From the NCBI RefSeq assembly GCF_001194135.2, contig NC_069006.1, positions 4,574,837 through 4,638,836 on the forward strand: a stretch of DNA of 64,000 bases, in the 5' to 3' direction. This stretch comes from Octopus bimaculoides (Eukaryota). Positions 12,861 through 26,130 of the stretch are shown piece by piece. The notes beneath the pieces were generated by a model. The model saw only the letters and a program-made list of their open reading frames with translations. It did not search any database and had not been told where the DNA came from. A program made the position numbers and the translations under genes. Position 1 is the stretch's first letter; each line of letters starts with the position of its first letter.

Positions 12861-13380
12861 ATGCATTTGTGTAAATGTCTGTGTATGTATGGAGTATTTG
12901 TGTGTGTACAATGAAGGTTTATGTGTGTGTATGTATGTGTATACACTTGTGTGTGTACATGTTTGTGTCTGTATACCTGTGTGTATGTGTGTGTGCATTT
13001 GTGTATGTGTCCATGTGTGTGCATTTGTGTATGTGTCCATGTGTTTGTGTGTGTGTGTGTGTGTCCCCATGTGTATGTATTTGTGTGTTTGTGTGTCCAC
13101 GTGTTTGTGTGTGTGTGTGTGCATTTGTGTAAATGTCTGTGTGTGTGTATGAAGGGAGTATTTGCTTGTGTGTGTGTGTGTGTGTGCCTGCCTGTATGTG
13201 TATTCATGTGTCTCTATGTATATGTGTGCAGATGGTATTTGTGTGTGTGTGTCTATATTTAAATGTTTGTGTGTATTTATGTGATGTTAATGTGTTTCCA
13301 TCTGTCTAAATATCAAGTGTTAATCTCAATGTGTATATTTGCATGTGTGTGTGTGTGTTTATGTGATGATATTACTGTGT
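12520..13380. repeat. Complex (TG)-rich satellite-like tract
   Basis: Degenerate TG/TA/CA array with recurring submotifs (gcatttgtgtaaatg, cttgtgtgtgtacatg). Confidence 0.85.
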
Positions 13381-13387
13381 ATTTGTA

Positions 13388-13606
13388 AGGTGGTGAGCGG
13401 GCAGAATCGTTCGGATGCTGGACAAGATGCTCAGTAGCATCTCCTCTGTCTTTACATTCTGGATTCCAGGATTCCAGCGAGGTTGACTTTGCCTTTCATC
13501 TTTTTGGGGTCAATGAAATAAGAAGCAGTTGAGTACTGGGGTCAATGTAACCAACTTGACCCCTCGCCGAAATTACTGGCCTTGTGTCAAAATTTGAAAT
13601 CATTAT
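13388..13606 (+). mobile_element. SINE family A
   Basis: Head and core match. Confidence 0.7.
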
Positions 13607-13929
13607 TAGTGTGTGTGTGTGTGTGTGTGTATTCCTGTGTCTGTCTGTGTTAAGTCGAACGAGATGAGATACTGAATGCTGTGATGTGACAAACTTGAGC
13701 AGAGAGAGATAGCAGATTGTGTTGCCTTTATGCTGGCCAAATTGAGAAAGGAAGAGATGACCACAGGTCACGTGTGATCAACGAGGAGTGGTAGAGAGAG
13801 GAAAAGGGAGGAAGTTGAACATAGGTGAGTGACGAGAGACAGGGAGGAAGGGTAAGAGAGAGATATAGCAGTGAAGGGGAGAAGCAAGGACAACAGAAAG
13901 AAGAAGAACGAGAGGGGGTGATAGGTAAG

Positions 13930-13965
<36 letters not shown>

Positions 13966-14250
13966 CAGACAGAAAGATAGAGTGCAAGTTAGAAATATGA
14001 AGTTAAAACTTACTTGCATATGGACCCCCAACATCGCTTGACAACTGAGGCTAGTGTGTTTATATCCCCATAACTTAGTGGTTTGGCAAAAGAGACCTAT
14101 AGAAAAAGTACTAGGCTTACAAAGAATAAGTCCTGAGGTCGATTTGCTCGACTAAAGGTGGTGCTCCAGCATGGCCGTAGTCAAATGACTGAAACAGATA
14201 ACAGAATAAAAGTATATGTGTGTGTGTGTGTGGGGGGGGGGTTATGTATA

Positions 14251-15152
14251 CAGTAATCCCTCAACTATCGTGGTTATTATGTTCCAAAATCTCCCACAGA
14301 AATAATTACTATCTAAAAAAATCTAAATGCCAATCGGCTGCAGAAACCCACAATATACTGAGGATTCCTCGATATAAATTTACATATATTAGCCAGAAAA
14401 CTCTGCGATGTAATGAGTGCACGATAGGCAAACCACAATGGGATCTATTTTNNNNNNNNNNNNNNNNNNNNNNNNNNNNNNNNNNNNNNNNNNNNNNNNN
14501 NNNNNNNNNNNNNNNNNNNNNNNNNNNNNNNNNNNNNNNNNNNNNNNNNNNNNNNNNNNNNNNNNNNNNNNNNNNNNNNNNNNNNNNNNNNNNNNNNNNN
14601 NNNNNNNNNNNNNNNNNNNNNNNNNNNNNNNNNNNNNNNNNNNNNNNNNNNNNNNNNNNNNNNNNNNNNNNNNNNNNNNNNNNNNNNNNNNNNNNNNNNN
14701 NNNNNNNNNNNNNNNNNNNNNNNNNNNNNNNNNNNNNNNNNNNNNNNNNNNNNNNNNNNNNNNNNNNNNNNNNNNNNNNNNNNNNNNNCCATACCTTCGT
14801 TTTATTTGCTTTTTTCATTTTAAATTTGCTTTAACCCTAACCCTAGGGTTAGGGTTAATTGTTTCAGAATCGTTTGTTTATGTAGTCGGCACTTAATGTA
14901 TATCGGCTGAATGGACGTCAGTGATTGGTTGAAATTACAGAAATACGACAACTTTAACATGGAATAACTTATGGATTTCTTTTTTTTTTTTAAGAAGACT
15001 AAGAGAAAAAGATGTTTTATATGACACATTCTACCAGTGTTCCAAGTTTCAAAGTGTTTCGTTAATGAAAAATGTGGCCCCCGTTTTAAAAAAGATCCCC
15101 ACAATGTACTGAGTATGTGATAGGTGAACCACAATATGGCAAGGGTTTGCTG
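14251..15152. mobile_element. pogo/Tigger-like MITE interrupted by a Merlin-like MITE
   Basis: TA|CAGTAATCCCTC left end and GCAAGGGTTTGCTG|TA right end. Confidence 0.55.
14441..15098. mobile_element. MITE with GGATCT... TIRs and 8-bp TSD (Merlin-like), copy 1
   Basis: TSD CCACAATG at 14433-14440 and 15099-15106; internal sequence shared with 42131-42767. Confidence 0.8.
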
Positions 15153-15430
15153 TATGTGCACAAATGCAAGTTTCCTGGTAATACAAATAAGGAAACTTAT
15201 ATAAGTATTAATATTGTCATTCTCATCTTCACACATAACCCACCCAATATTAAGGACCACCAATGAAAGATTAGTACCTTTGAGCTACTAGAATGATGAC
15301 CCCCACCGCCTCAAATATCAAGGGTGTTTGGTGTGGCAGCAGCATTAGCATAAGGTGTGATGTAGAAGCAGGAGGGATTGCATGCTGAGAAATCTCTGAG
15401 AATTGACCTCAGAGAGAGAGAGATGGTATA

Positions 15431-15588
15431 CCGTATTTTAATGTGTATAAGGAACCTTAATTTTGGGGGCTTAAAATTTGGGTAAAAGGTTTTTTAAGGG
15501 ATTATAATACTATCCATGTATAAGAAACTCCCATATTTTTTTAATCTGATTTTTGACAAAAATGGGTTCCTTATATGTTAGAATATAG
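15431..15588. mobile_element. pogo-like MITE (TA|CCGTATTTT)
   Basis: Degenerate TIRs ccgtattttaatgtgtataaggaacc / ggttccttatatgttagaatatag, TA flanks. Confidence 0.5.
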
Positions 15589-15669
15589 TAAATGTTGTCA
15601 ATGCAGGTCCTGACCAAATAAATTAAGGCAAAAGATGTTTTGGGAACAGGCATTAAATATGATATAGGA

Positions 15670-16365
15670 ATAATCCTTTCTGCTATAGGCAGAAGGCCTG
15701 AAAATTTGTGGGAGAAGACTAGTTGATTACACCAACCCCAGTGCTCAGCTGGTACCTAGTTTATTGATCCTCAGAGGATAAAAGGCAATGTCAACCTTGG
15801 TGGGATTTGAACTCAGACCATAAAGATGGCCAAAATGCTGCCAAGCTCTTTGTCCAGTGTGCTAATGATTCTTATTTCTTTATTGCCCACAAGGGGCTAA
15901 ACATAGAGGGGACAAACAAGGACAGACAAAGGTATTATGTCAATTATATCGACCGCAGTGCATAACTGGTACTTAATTTATCGACCCTGAAAGGATGAAA
16001 GGCAAAGTAGACCTCTGCAGAATTTGAACTCAGAACGTAGCGGCAGACGAAATACCGCTAAGCATTTCGCCCAGCGTGCTAACGATTCTGCCAGCTCACG
16101 GCCTTGTCCTAGAATGATAATGATTCTGCCAGCTCAGCTCTTTAATAATAATGATGATCCTTTTTACTATATGCATAAATTTTGGGAGAAGGAGTAAGTC
16201 GATTACATCCACCCCAGTACGCAACTGGTACTGATTTTATTGACTCCCGAAAGGATGAAAGGCAAAGTTGACCTCAGCGGAATTCAAACTCAGAATGTAA
16301 AAGCTGACAAAATGCTTAGCGTCATTTTGTCCAGCATGAAGATGATTCTGCTAGATCTCCACCTT
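15670..16365 (-). mobile_element. Cluster of three SINE family A copies
   Basis: Copies at about 15670-15875, 15876-16104 and 16156-16365. Confidence 0.75.
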
Positions 16366-16392
16366 AGGACATTGAAATTATAATTGAATCAT

Positions 16393-16761
16393 GGCACTCC
16401 GTCGGTTATGACGATGAGGGTTCCAGTTGATCCGATCAACGGAACAGCCTGCTCGTGAAATTAACATGCAAGTGGCTGAGCACTCCACAGATACGTGTAC
16501 CCTTAACATAGTTCTTGGGGAGATTCAGCATGACACAGAGTGTAACAAGGCTGGCCCTTTGAAATACAGAAACAGGAAGAAAGAGTGAGGAAAAGTTGTG
16601 GTGAAAGAGTACAGCAGGGTTCGCCACCACCCCTTGCTGGAGCCTCATGAAGCTTTAGGTGTTTTCACTCAATAAACACTGACAATGCCTGGTCTGGGAA
16701 TCGAAACTGCGATCCTACGACTGCAAGTCTGCTGCCCTAACCACTGGGCCATTGCGCCTCC
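16393..16761 (-). mobile_element. tRNA-derived SINE (Arg-like head; resembles octopus OR-type SINEs)
   Basis: Minus strand head ggaggcgcaatggcccagtggttagggcagcagact...ttcgattccc with Pol III boxes A/B; six copies in window. Confidence 0.85.
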
Positions 16762-16884
16762 ACAATAATTGAATAATGACACTGACTAATTACAATGATG
16801 ATGATAGCAGAAGTAGCCATGTTTTTTTTTTAAAGTTTTTTTTTTGTTTTCTTTTCACTATTTTTTTCTTGCTTGTCTTTCCAG

Positions 16885-17234
16885 ATATCATGCCGGTCAG
16901 TGCTCTGACTGACCGAGGTCTAACAGAAGCCCTCGACTGGCTGGCGTGCCATCTTGGTTCCGTCCAGGCTAAGAAAGCTGTCTACTCCACTGTGCCACCA
17001 GCACCTGAAGAAATGCCACGGATGCAACGAGAGTCTGGTGACCGACTCGAACATAGCATGGACTACTGTTCAAGAGCCTACACTGCCATTAAGTGCCTCT
17101 TCTTCAGAACAAGCCGCACTCAGGATGTCACCGACAGTTGCCCAACAACAACAACAACTCACCTACAGGACTCACTACAAGACTCGCGGACAACAACAGC
17201 ACCGGGCAAATTTCAGAACTGCCCGGAGAAATAG
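16885..17234 (+). CDS. ARF-family small GTPase, last coding exon with long C-terminal extension
   Basis: Long polypyrimidine tract and ccag| at 16884; phase 1, compatible with the 12497 donor. Translates NIMPVSALTDRGLTEALDWLACHL (ARF G5 and last helix), then about 92 further residues to TAG at 17232-17234. Confidence 0.9.
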
Positions 17235-17247
17235 TTCTTTAAAAGAT

Positions 17248-17268
17248 AACAATAACAATAACAATAAC

Positions 17269-17306
<38 letters not shown>

Positions 17307-17352
17307 TAATATTATTATTATTGATAATATTAATAATAACAATAATAATGAT
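17248..17352 (+). repeat. (AAT)n microsatellite just after the ARF-like stop codon
   Basis: Direct reading. Confidence 0.9.
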
Positions 17353-18096
17353 ATGCGGTGACAATGCAATGCAAACCATGTACAGGAGGACTCGTATGTT
17401 CATGAACATATGCAAGCACACACATACATAAATACATATATATATATGTATGTGTATGTATGTATACATACATACATATATATATATGTATATACATGTA
17501 TATATGTATATATATATATGTGTGCATATATATTTATAGTTATATTCACACCTTGAATCATTATGTTCATCCTCAAATTTTCAATGCAAATTGGTTTAAC
17601 AAAAGAAATTTTTAAAAAATGAAACAAAGACAGAAAGAACTAGAGTATTCTGTGACAAGGTGCAAGTATTTGTGTGTTAACGACGGTGAGATAACGAACA
17701 AAGATGAAATGAACAAATTACAAAAACTAAAAGAAAAAAAACCAAAANNNNNNNNNNNNNNNNNNNNNNNNNNNNNNNNNNNNNNNNNNNNNNNNNNNNN
17801 NNNNNNNNNNNNNNNNNNNNNNNNNNNNNNNNNNNNNNNNNNNNNNNNNNNNNNNNNNNNNNNNNNNNNNNNNNNNNNNNNNNNNNNNNNNNNNNNNNNN
17901 NNNNNNNNNNNNNNNNNNNNNNNNNNNNNNNNNNNNNNNNNNNNNNNNNNNNNNNNNNNNNNNNNNNNNNNNNNNNNNNNNNNNNNNNNNNNNNNNNNNN
18001 NNNNNNNNNNNNNNNNNNNNNNNNNNNNNNNNNNNNNNNNNNNNNNNNNNNNNNNNNNNNNNNNCATGCATGCATGTATGTATGTGTCTATGTGTG

Positions 18097-18131
<35 letters not shown>

Positions 18132-18160
18132 TCACATATACACACATACATACATACATG

Positions 18161-18192
<32 letters not shown>

Positions 18193-18778
18193 TACACACG
18201 CACACACACACACATGCACACATTTATATAGACATATATATATGTAATCCAGATATCATGTCTAGATATATATATATATATATATATAATAACATAAATA
18301 ATATATAATTATATGTATATATCCATACATATATGTACATACCTACATCTATATGTATACATACATGCATATATATATATATACTTATTTACACCCACCC
18401 ACTCATTGTCCATGAAGCCCTTGTTAAATTTTTATTGTTTTTTTTTCCTTCCATATCTTTCTCCTGGACAGATGTGAAGTTATTCTGCTGGAGGATTCGA
18501 TGAAACCCTCCTATGTGCATGCATGCGCAATACTGCAGTTATACTTTGTTTTTTTTTAAATCCCTGCTTGAGATCCATACAAATTGCTTTGGAGAGGACA
18601 TGTGATCATTCACTGTGGATCAGTATTTTTCTCCAAGCAAAGAGGATTGTAGGAAACATGGGTCGGGATTAAAAATCTCCATTAATACATGTACAGATGT
18701 ATTACTACACTGTATACATTGCATACCAAAAAAAGTGTGTATTACAGTATCGGTCTTTCTACTGGTACATTAACAGAC

Positions 18779-18815
<37 letters not shown>

Positions 18816-18904
18816 ATTCATTTATTAGAAATTGAAACTTCACTCCGTCTCTTCTCTGGGTTTTACATTTTGCAGATCTATAAGATGGCCGATGGGAGAC
18901 TTAA

Positions 18905-19500
18905 CCCTTTTGCTACAAACTGCTTGAGAGTGATCCTTAGTTCTATGATTCAAACTGTTTGTTTTAACCCTTCAGCATTCACATTACTCCTCTGTCAAAT
19001 GTAATGTTTATTTATTCACATTGTTTTGAATTAATCATCCGGCATCTTGAAGCTTTGAGATTTTGATGATGTGATTGCTTATTTTTTAGAATGACATTAT
19101 AGGGTAGGTGTGAGAGGCCAGATCTGGCTGGTTTGAACATAAAACATGTAGAATATTTAGGCTGGATGTGGCTGGTTTAAATGCTAAAGGGTTAAAGTAA
19201 TCTAAATCAAAACCTTCCACTAAAATTTCATTTTAATTTATGTTCCAAAATTTCATCTTAATAATGAGTTATTTTACTAAATTCTTCATTATTTTCCAAA
19301 TAAATTGTAACAAAGGCAGTGTATTTCAACAGAAATATGGTAACAAAAGGGTTAAAGTGATCTAAATTAAAACCTTCCATCAAAATTTCACATTAATTTA
19401 TGATCCAAACACCAGTTTATTAACAACAGTTATTTTACTGAGTTCTTCGTTATTTTCAAAATAAATTGAAACACCAGCAGTGAATTTCAGCAGAAATTTG
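18905..19500 (+). mobile_element. TTAA-MITE family E with family D MITE (18968-19191) nested at an internal TTAA, followed by tandem right-end units
   Basis: TTAA|CCCTTTTGCTAC left end; inner TTAA|CCCTTCAGCATT...AATGCTAAAGGG|TTAA; right end GGTAACAAAAGGG|TTAA at 19355. Confidence 0.75.
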
Positions 19501-20184
19501 ATTTAAAAAAAAAAAAAAAGGATCAAATTGTAAAAATTTTATTAGACACATCGATTCAATCATTTTATCGGTCATGTTTAAGTTGTTTTGTGGCAACAAG
19601 TCTTAGAATGGCAAGTCAGTCATTTCTATTGCTGCTTTAATCTTTTTAGTTTCTGGCACTGCTACTACTAACCTATTTTAAACCTATGATGTTCAGATGT
19701 TAACCCTTTTCTAACTGAATTAAATTTTACGTAAATAATTTGCTCTCATGTCTGCATATCGACATGATCTCCTACTTGTTGAATGTGTCAGTCAGCTGCA
19801 TTTCCTGTAATATTTAAAATAAGCATTCAGCAGACACCCTTATGTGAGAAGGATAGCTTCTCTATCTGACTAGTTTATTTTATCAAGTAATAGTGTTCTT
19901 CAACTTCCAAATATGTGTCTTGCCTGCATTGTGGAAGAAGTGCATACTCTGGGTGTGCTGTGCCTTTAATGTGGCACTTCTTTAGAAAAACAAGAGACAC
20001 TTTTAAGATCAAAAACAGGCCAAATGTAGTTTATGATATCATAAGCAGTCAGTAGATCAATAGTTCGAATATAGATCCATAATAGAGTTCTCCGCCATTT
20101 TTTGCCTATGGCCCCTTTTGATCCCTATTTTGCCCAGATGAACCCTCATGGCAATTTGATGTTTAAAAAATTCTGTTATAGGCA

Positions 20185-20341
20185 CAGGAGTGGCTGTGTG
20201 GTAAGAAGCTTGCTTCCCAACCACATGGTTCTGGATTCAGTCCCTTTGCGTGGCACCTTGGGTAAGTGTCTTCTACTATAACCTCAGGCCAACCAAAGCC
20301 TTGTGAGTGGATTTGGTAGACGGAAACTGAAAGAAGCCCGT

Positions 20342-20430
<89 letters not shown>

Positions 20431-20620
20431 CTGTGTTTGTTCTCCCTCCACCATCACTTGATAACTGATGTTTGTGTCCCTGTAACTTAGCATTTCGGTA
20501 AAAGTGACCGATAGAATAAGTACTAGGCTTACAAAGAATAAGTCCTGGGGTCGATTTGTTTGACTAAAGGCGGTGCTCCAGCATGGCCACAGTCAAATAA
20601 CTAAAACAATTAAGAGAATA
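20185..20620 (+). mobile_element. SINE family B inserted in an hAT-like MITE (about 20080-20758)
   Basis: Full family B sequence with expanded (TA)n; flanking hAT-like halves resemble 1612-2364. Confidence 0.8.
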
Positions 20621-22123
20621 CTTTCACAATTAAATATTATCAGAAACTATATTAAAAAATTTGTAAAAATATTTTATGTATCATAGAAATATAACCAATT
20701 TATTGCTGATAAATTTTAACAGTAAAATCTTATATGGACCCTGGTTGAGAACTACTGATATAGGCTATGAATAGGTCAATAGGTTGTGAGCCATCACAGC
20801 AGCAGAAACAGCTTACTTCCCACTCTAAGATCTCCTGCCACAAAGAAAAAGACCATGAAGTAGAACAGAAATTAACAAATGGGAAACTCCAGCTTCCAGT
20901 AAATGAAGAAATAGTTCTGCAGTTTGGATTGCATATTCTCTTCCTCATTTAGTTCACACACTCCAACACACCATACATAGACACATGCATACACATACAT
21001 ATATATATATATGTGTGTGTGTGTGGGTGTGTCAGTAATCGTTCTGTAGTGATCTCTCATTTTTCCGTCCCATAATTACTGCAAAGCTTCCTGTTTGTAA
21101 AAAAAAATAATTAAAAAAAAAATAAAGAAAATTATATACTTATATATATTTGTGCATCTATGCATGTGCATCATATATGCATTTGTTTTCTCTTGCACCA
21201 TATGTGTATATAAAGTGTTGAATAATTCTGCAATGTATGTAAAATAAAACCTATGTATCTGCGTGTGTGTGTGTGCGTGCGTGTGTATTTTTAATGTTCA
21301 CTTTTCCATGCTTGCATGGGTCTGACAAAATTTGTTGCAAAAATTTTCCCTAGCCAGATGCTCTTCCTGTCACCAACCCTTGTCTGCTTCCAAATAAGAT
21401 AATATTTTCTGTAGTCCTTTGAACAATGAGCTCCTTGACAGCTGGAAATGCTGTCATGGAAGATTGCAAACGAAGGACATCGTTTGCTGGTGGATTTTGT
21501 TTACATTTAGAATGCGTGTCATGAAAAGGGGTATGCATATACACACAAACATAAATAAATGCACTCACACACACAGATAAATATATATATACACATACAC
21601 ATATACACACGTATACATAATGTGTGTGCACAAACACACACATAATGCTTCTTTCAGGTTCTGTTCTGTCCACCCAATTCCACTCACAAACCAAATGTCA
21701 ATCCATACTGGTATTTAGAAGATACCAACCATGTCTGCTGTGGTGTGCTGTGGGAATGAACTCTGGGCCCTGTAGTTCTAAAACAGACTTCTTATCTTCA
21801 CATCCATGCCTGTTTTGTGTGTGTGTGTGTAATTTCCAGACAAGTACATCTCCAATATATGTGTGTGTGTGTGTGTTTATACACGTATAATATGTGTGTA
21901 AATATATATATATATATTATTTGATAAACACAATACATATTTTTTTTTGCTATTAATAGTTTCATGTGCTGAGAACATGTCAAACAATGTTTTATAATGC
22001 GTCTGACATCTTGGTACAGTCTTCAGGCACAGCCCACATGATATAATGGACTAAATAATTTTAAATAATATCTCATTAAATGGAGTACTTTTTTTTCTTG
22101 ATTTTACTATCATGGAACAATAC

Positions 22124-22179
<56 letters not shown>

Positions 22180-22530
22180 NNNNNNNNNNNNNNNNNNNNN
22201 NNNNNNNNNNNNNNNNNNNNNNNNNNNNNNNNNNNNNNNNNNNNNNNNNNNNNNNNNNNNNNNNNNNNNNNNNNNNNNNNNNNNNNNNNNNNNNNNNNNN
22301 NNNNNNNNNNNNNNNNNNNNNNNNNNNNNNNNNNNNNNNNNNNNNNNNNNNNNNNNNNNNNNNNNNNNNNNNNNNNNNNNNNNNNNNNNNNNNNNNNNNN
22401 NNNNNNNNNNNNNNNNNNNNNNNNNNNNNNNNNNNNNNNNNNNNNNNNNNNNNNNNNNNNNNNNNNNNNNNNNNNNNNNNNNNNNNNNNNNNNNNNNNNN
22501 NNNNNNNNNNNNNNNNNNNNNNNNNNNNNN

Positions 22531-22575
<45 letters not shown>

Positions 22576-23776
22576 CACAGACATAAACATATATGTACCC
22601 ACACATATACACAAATGTACAAATATATATAACATGTATATACACAGACATACATATATACACAAAAACATGTACAAATATATATAACAAGTACACATAC
22701 ACACACACACACACATATAATCAGACGTGTTAATATATACACACAAACATATGTACACACACACACATGTATATACAGACATAAACATATACATATATAT
22801 ACAGACATGTATATACATGCAAATATAAGTACAAATATATATAACATGTACACACACACACACACACACACACGTAATTTCCTTTAGCGATGGTGGGTTT
22901 AGCAGATCACATCAATCTTTGCAGTTGTTTCGGTTATGGTGTTTGTTTATTGTTTTAATCTTTGTTTTATCAAATCTCCAAGGTATGTAATGTAGACACA
23001 GCATAAATAACACTGGTTTTTACTCTATCATAATTACAAATCCAGACACATACCACCACAACCCCTGTATGCTGTTTTTTATATTCAATGTCTTGACGAA
23101 CAACCATGATGTAACTGCTGTCTATTGTTGTCTTTCTTTCAATACTCCATCCTGCTCTCTCTCGCTTTCTCTCTCTCTCTCTCTCTCCCCTTTTCACTCT
23201 CACTGTTTCTCCAGTCTTACCCACACTCTGTCTTCTTTCATTCTCTCTCTGTCATCCCTCACTCTTCTGTTTACCCTCTTAGTCAGAAATGCCCTGAATG
23301 AACGGAGAAAATATATACAGTAAAGAAGACTCTTTGGTATTGCTGAGGGCAAAGCAAACTCTTTAGAGCTGGTGCCATGATAAATGTACACAATACACTC
23401 TGTGAAGTATTTGGTATTAGGATAGGCATGCAACCATAGAAATGGTGCCAAAAACGCAATGTATAAGCAAGACATGCTCCCTCTGCCCCATCTGGGAGTT
23501 CTATAACTCCAAGTCAGAAGATACAGACCATGACAAACTGTCCAACCCATGCCAGCATAGGAAGCAGACATACGAAGATGATGATGATGATGATGTTTAT
23601 ACATTATATATAATATATATTATTCATTGGCAGAAATTATAGAGTGACTCAAGGGTTGAGAGCTTTGTCCATAGATATGTTACTAAACTGGTCTCAAATT
23701 ATAATTCATTAATGATAAGTGTATATGTGTGTGTGTGTGTGTATATATATATATGTAGGTGTGTGTGTATGTGTAA

Positions 23777-23815
<39 letters not shown>

Positions 23816-23819
23816 TATA

Positions 23820-24394
23820 CAGGATGGCCCAAAAGTAGGTTTACAGTTGTCACGTAGGCACTTTAAATTTCTTTTCAAACATTTTATTACATTGAAATTT
23901 CTATCTTACAATCATATTGTTTATGCACATCTTAAGCAGACAATGTTTAATCTCTCAGATGCTCAAAATGTCCTCTTTCAATATTGCAACATTCTTCAAA
24001 CCTCTTCAGAACACTCTGACACACACAGTGCAACACAAATTCCGATCTCCATCAGTTTCAGTGAATGCATCAGAAATGTAATCTTTTAATTCATTTACCG
24101 TTTTGGGATTCTTCTCATAAACCTTGTTCTTTACAATAACCCCAGGAAAAGAAATCCATTGGTGTCAGGTGAGGTGAACATGGTGGCCCTTCGATGCTGC
24201 CCCGTCTTCGAAACCAATACTATGAAAAGGCTTGGTTAAGGTAGTCTTTTACTGTCATCACATAATGTGGAGGTGGCTAAATAATCTTGCTGAATAATGG
24301 TTTCATATATTTTTATAATTAAGATCTAAACTGTTAATATATGAATGCGAAAGAGATAGTTGAACAACTGTAAACCTACCTTTGGGCCACCCTG
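23820..24394 (-). mobile_element. Tc1/mariner-superfamily deletion derivative (rosa/maT-like D-ending triad)
   Basis: TA|CAGGATGGCCCAAAAGTAGGTTTACAGTT...AACTGTAAACCTACCTTTGGGCCACCCTG|TA; minus strand GPPCSPHLTPMDFFSWG...VKNKVYEKNPKTVNELK...GHFEHLRD*. Confidence 0.8.
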
Positions 24395-24440
24395 TATATG
24401 TATATATATATATACATATGTGTGTGTATATATATATATA

Positions 24441-24653
24441 CAAGGTGACCCAAAAGTAGGTTTACAGTTGTCACGTAGGCACTTTAAATTTCTTTTTAAA
24501 CATTTTATTACATTTAAATTTCTATCTTACAATTAACTAAATTAGTTTAGAGTAATGGTTTCATATATTTTTTATAATTAAGATCTAAATTGTTTATATA
24601 TGAATGCAAAAGAGATAGTTGAACAACTGTAAACCTACCTTTGGGCCACCTTA
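24441..24653. mobile_element. Shorter MITE derivative of the 23820 element
   Basis: Same TIRs and subterminal sequences, interior deleted, TA flanks. Confidence 0.8.
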
Positions 24654-24655
24654 TA

Positions 24656-24697
<42 letters not shown>

Positions 24698-24845
24698 CAC
24701 ACACACAACACACACTCATGTTTTGTGTTCTATTTTCCTGTTTGCATCACCAAATGGGTGTATGTATACATATATATATATATATATAGTTATATCAGTG
24801 TAGGGTGTAAACTTGTACATTCAAGCAGAAATAACTTTCATTATT

Positions 24846-25683
24846 AAGGCAGTGAGCTGGCATAATCATTAGCATGCTGGGCAAAATGCTTAGCGGCATT
24901 CCATCTGACTTCACGTTCTGAGTTCAAATTCTGCTGAGGTCAACTTTGCCTTTCGTCTTTTGAGGGTTGATAAAATAAATACCAGTTACACACTGGGGTC
25001 GGTGCTCTCCCCCAAAATGTCAGGCCTTGTACCTTTGGTAGAAAGTATTATCTAGTTAGATTTGAGTTACCTGCCCCTTTCATCCAACTTGTGTTTCAAA
25101 CCTCACAAGATTGAGTTTGATGAAACAAGTACCAGACAAAGTGAAGGGGGGGGGGGTCAATTTAATCAACTGAAACCTGTGCTCCAGCCTGGTGATGGTT
25201 CCGTGACTGCAGTCATTGAAAGAATAGAGAAGTAGTGGCTGTAATGAGATTTAAGATGTCTGTGTTGATCTGCATTGATAAATGTTGATGAGGAAAAATG
25301 AGTGTAAACCAGAGCAAAAGAGAATATGTGAATGGCATTGAATAGACACATCGTTAATTTATTAGGCATAGAATAGAAAATTATATGTGTGTGTGTGTGT
25401 GCATGTGTATGTATGTATACATAGGTATACAGGCACACATGCATATACATTATTATCTGGGTAAAAGGCAGTGAGCTGGCAGACACGTTAGCACGCCAGG
25501 CAAAATGCTTTGTAGTATTTCATCTGTCTTTATGTTCTGAGTTCAAATTCTGCCGAGGTTGAGTTTGCCTTTCATCCTTTCAAGGTCGATAGATTAAGTA
25601 ACAGTTGCATACTGGGATTGATCTAATTGACAGGACCCCTCCCCAAAATTTCAGGCCTTGTTACTAGAGTAGAAAAGATTATT
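24846..25683 (+). mobile_element. Two SINE family A copies (24846-25050, 25466-25683)
   Basis: Head and core match. Confidence 0.75.
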
Positions 25684-25735
25684 ATCTGGATAAATTACCT
25701 TATAATGTGCATAAGTTTATATCGGTGTGTGTGTG

Positions 25736-25833
<98 letters not shown>

Positions 25834-26053
25834 TATATATGGGTATAAGCAGTAGCTGGGGACACTTGCAGTTGCCCAGGGGCCACACAGGTTTAGCAGG
25901 GCCCTGTTCAGATCTATATATGTTGTGACTTGCTGTCAATAAATGAATACTTTAGGGCCCAAAGCACTGATTTCCCTGGTGGCCTATATTGCTGTGAATA
26001 AGAGCCCTGACTATATATATGTGTGTGTGTGTATCACAATATTTCTCTGCATA

Positions 26054-26130
26054 CAGGGTGTTCAAAAAGTCTCTCAGCAGTAAGTATCTTATAGCAAAAT
26101 ATTCACTGTGGCGAGACTTTTTGAACACCC

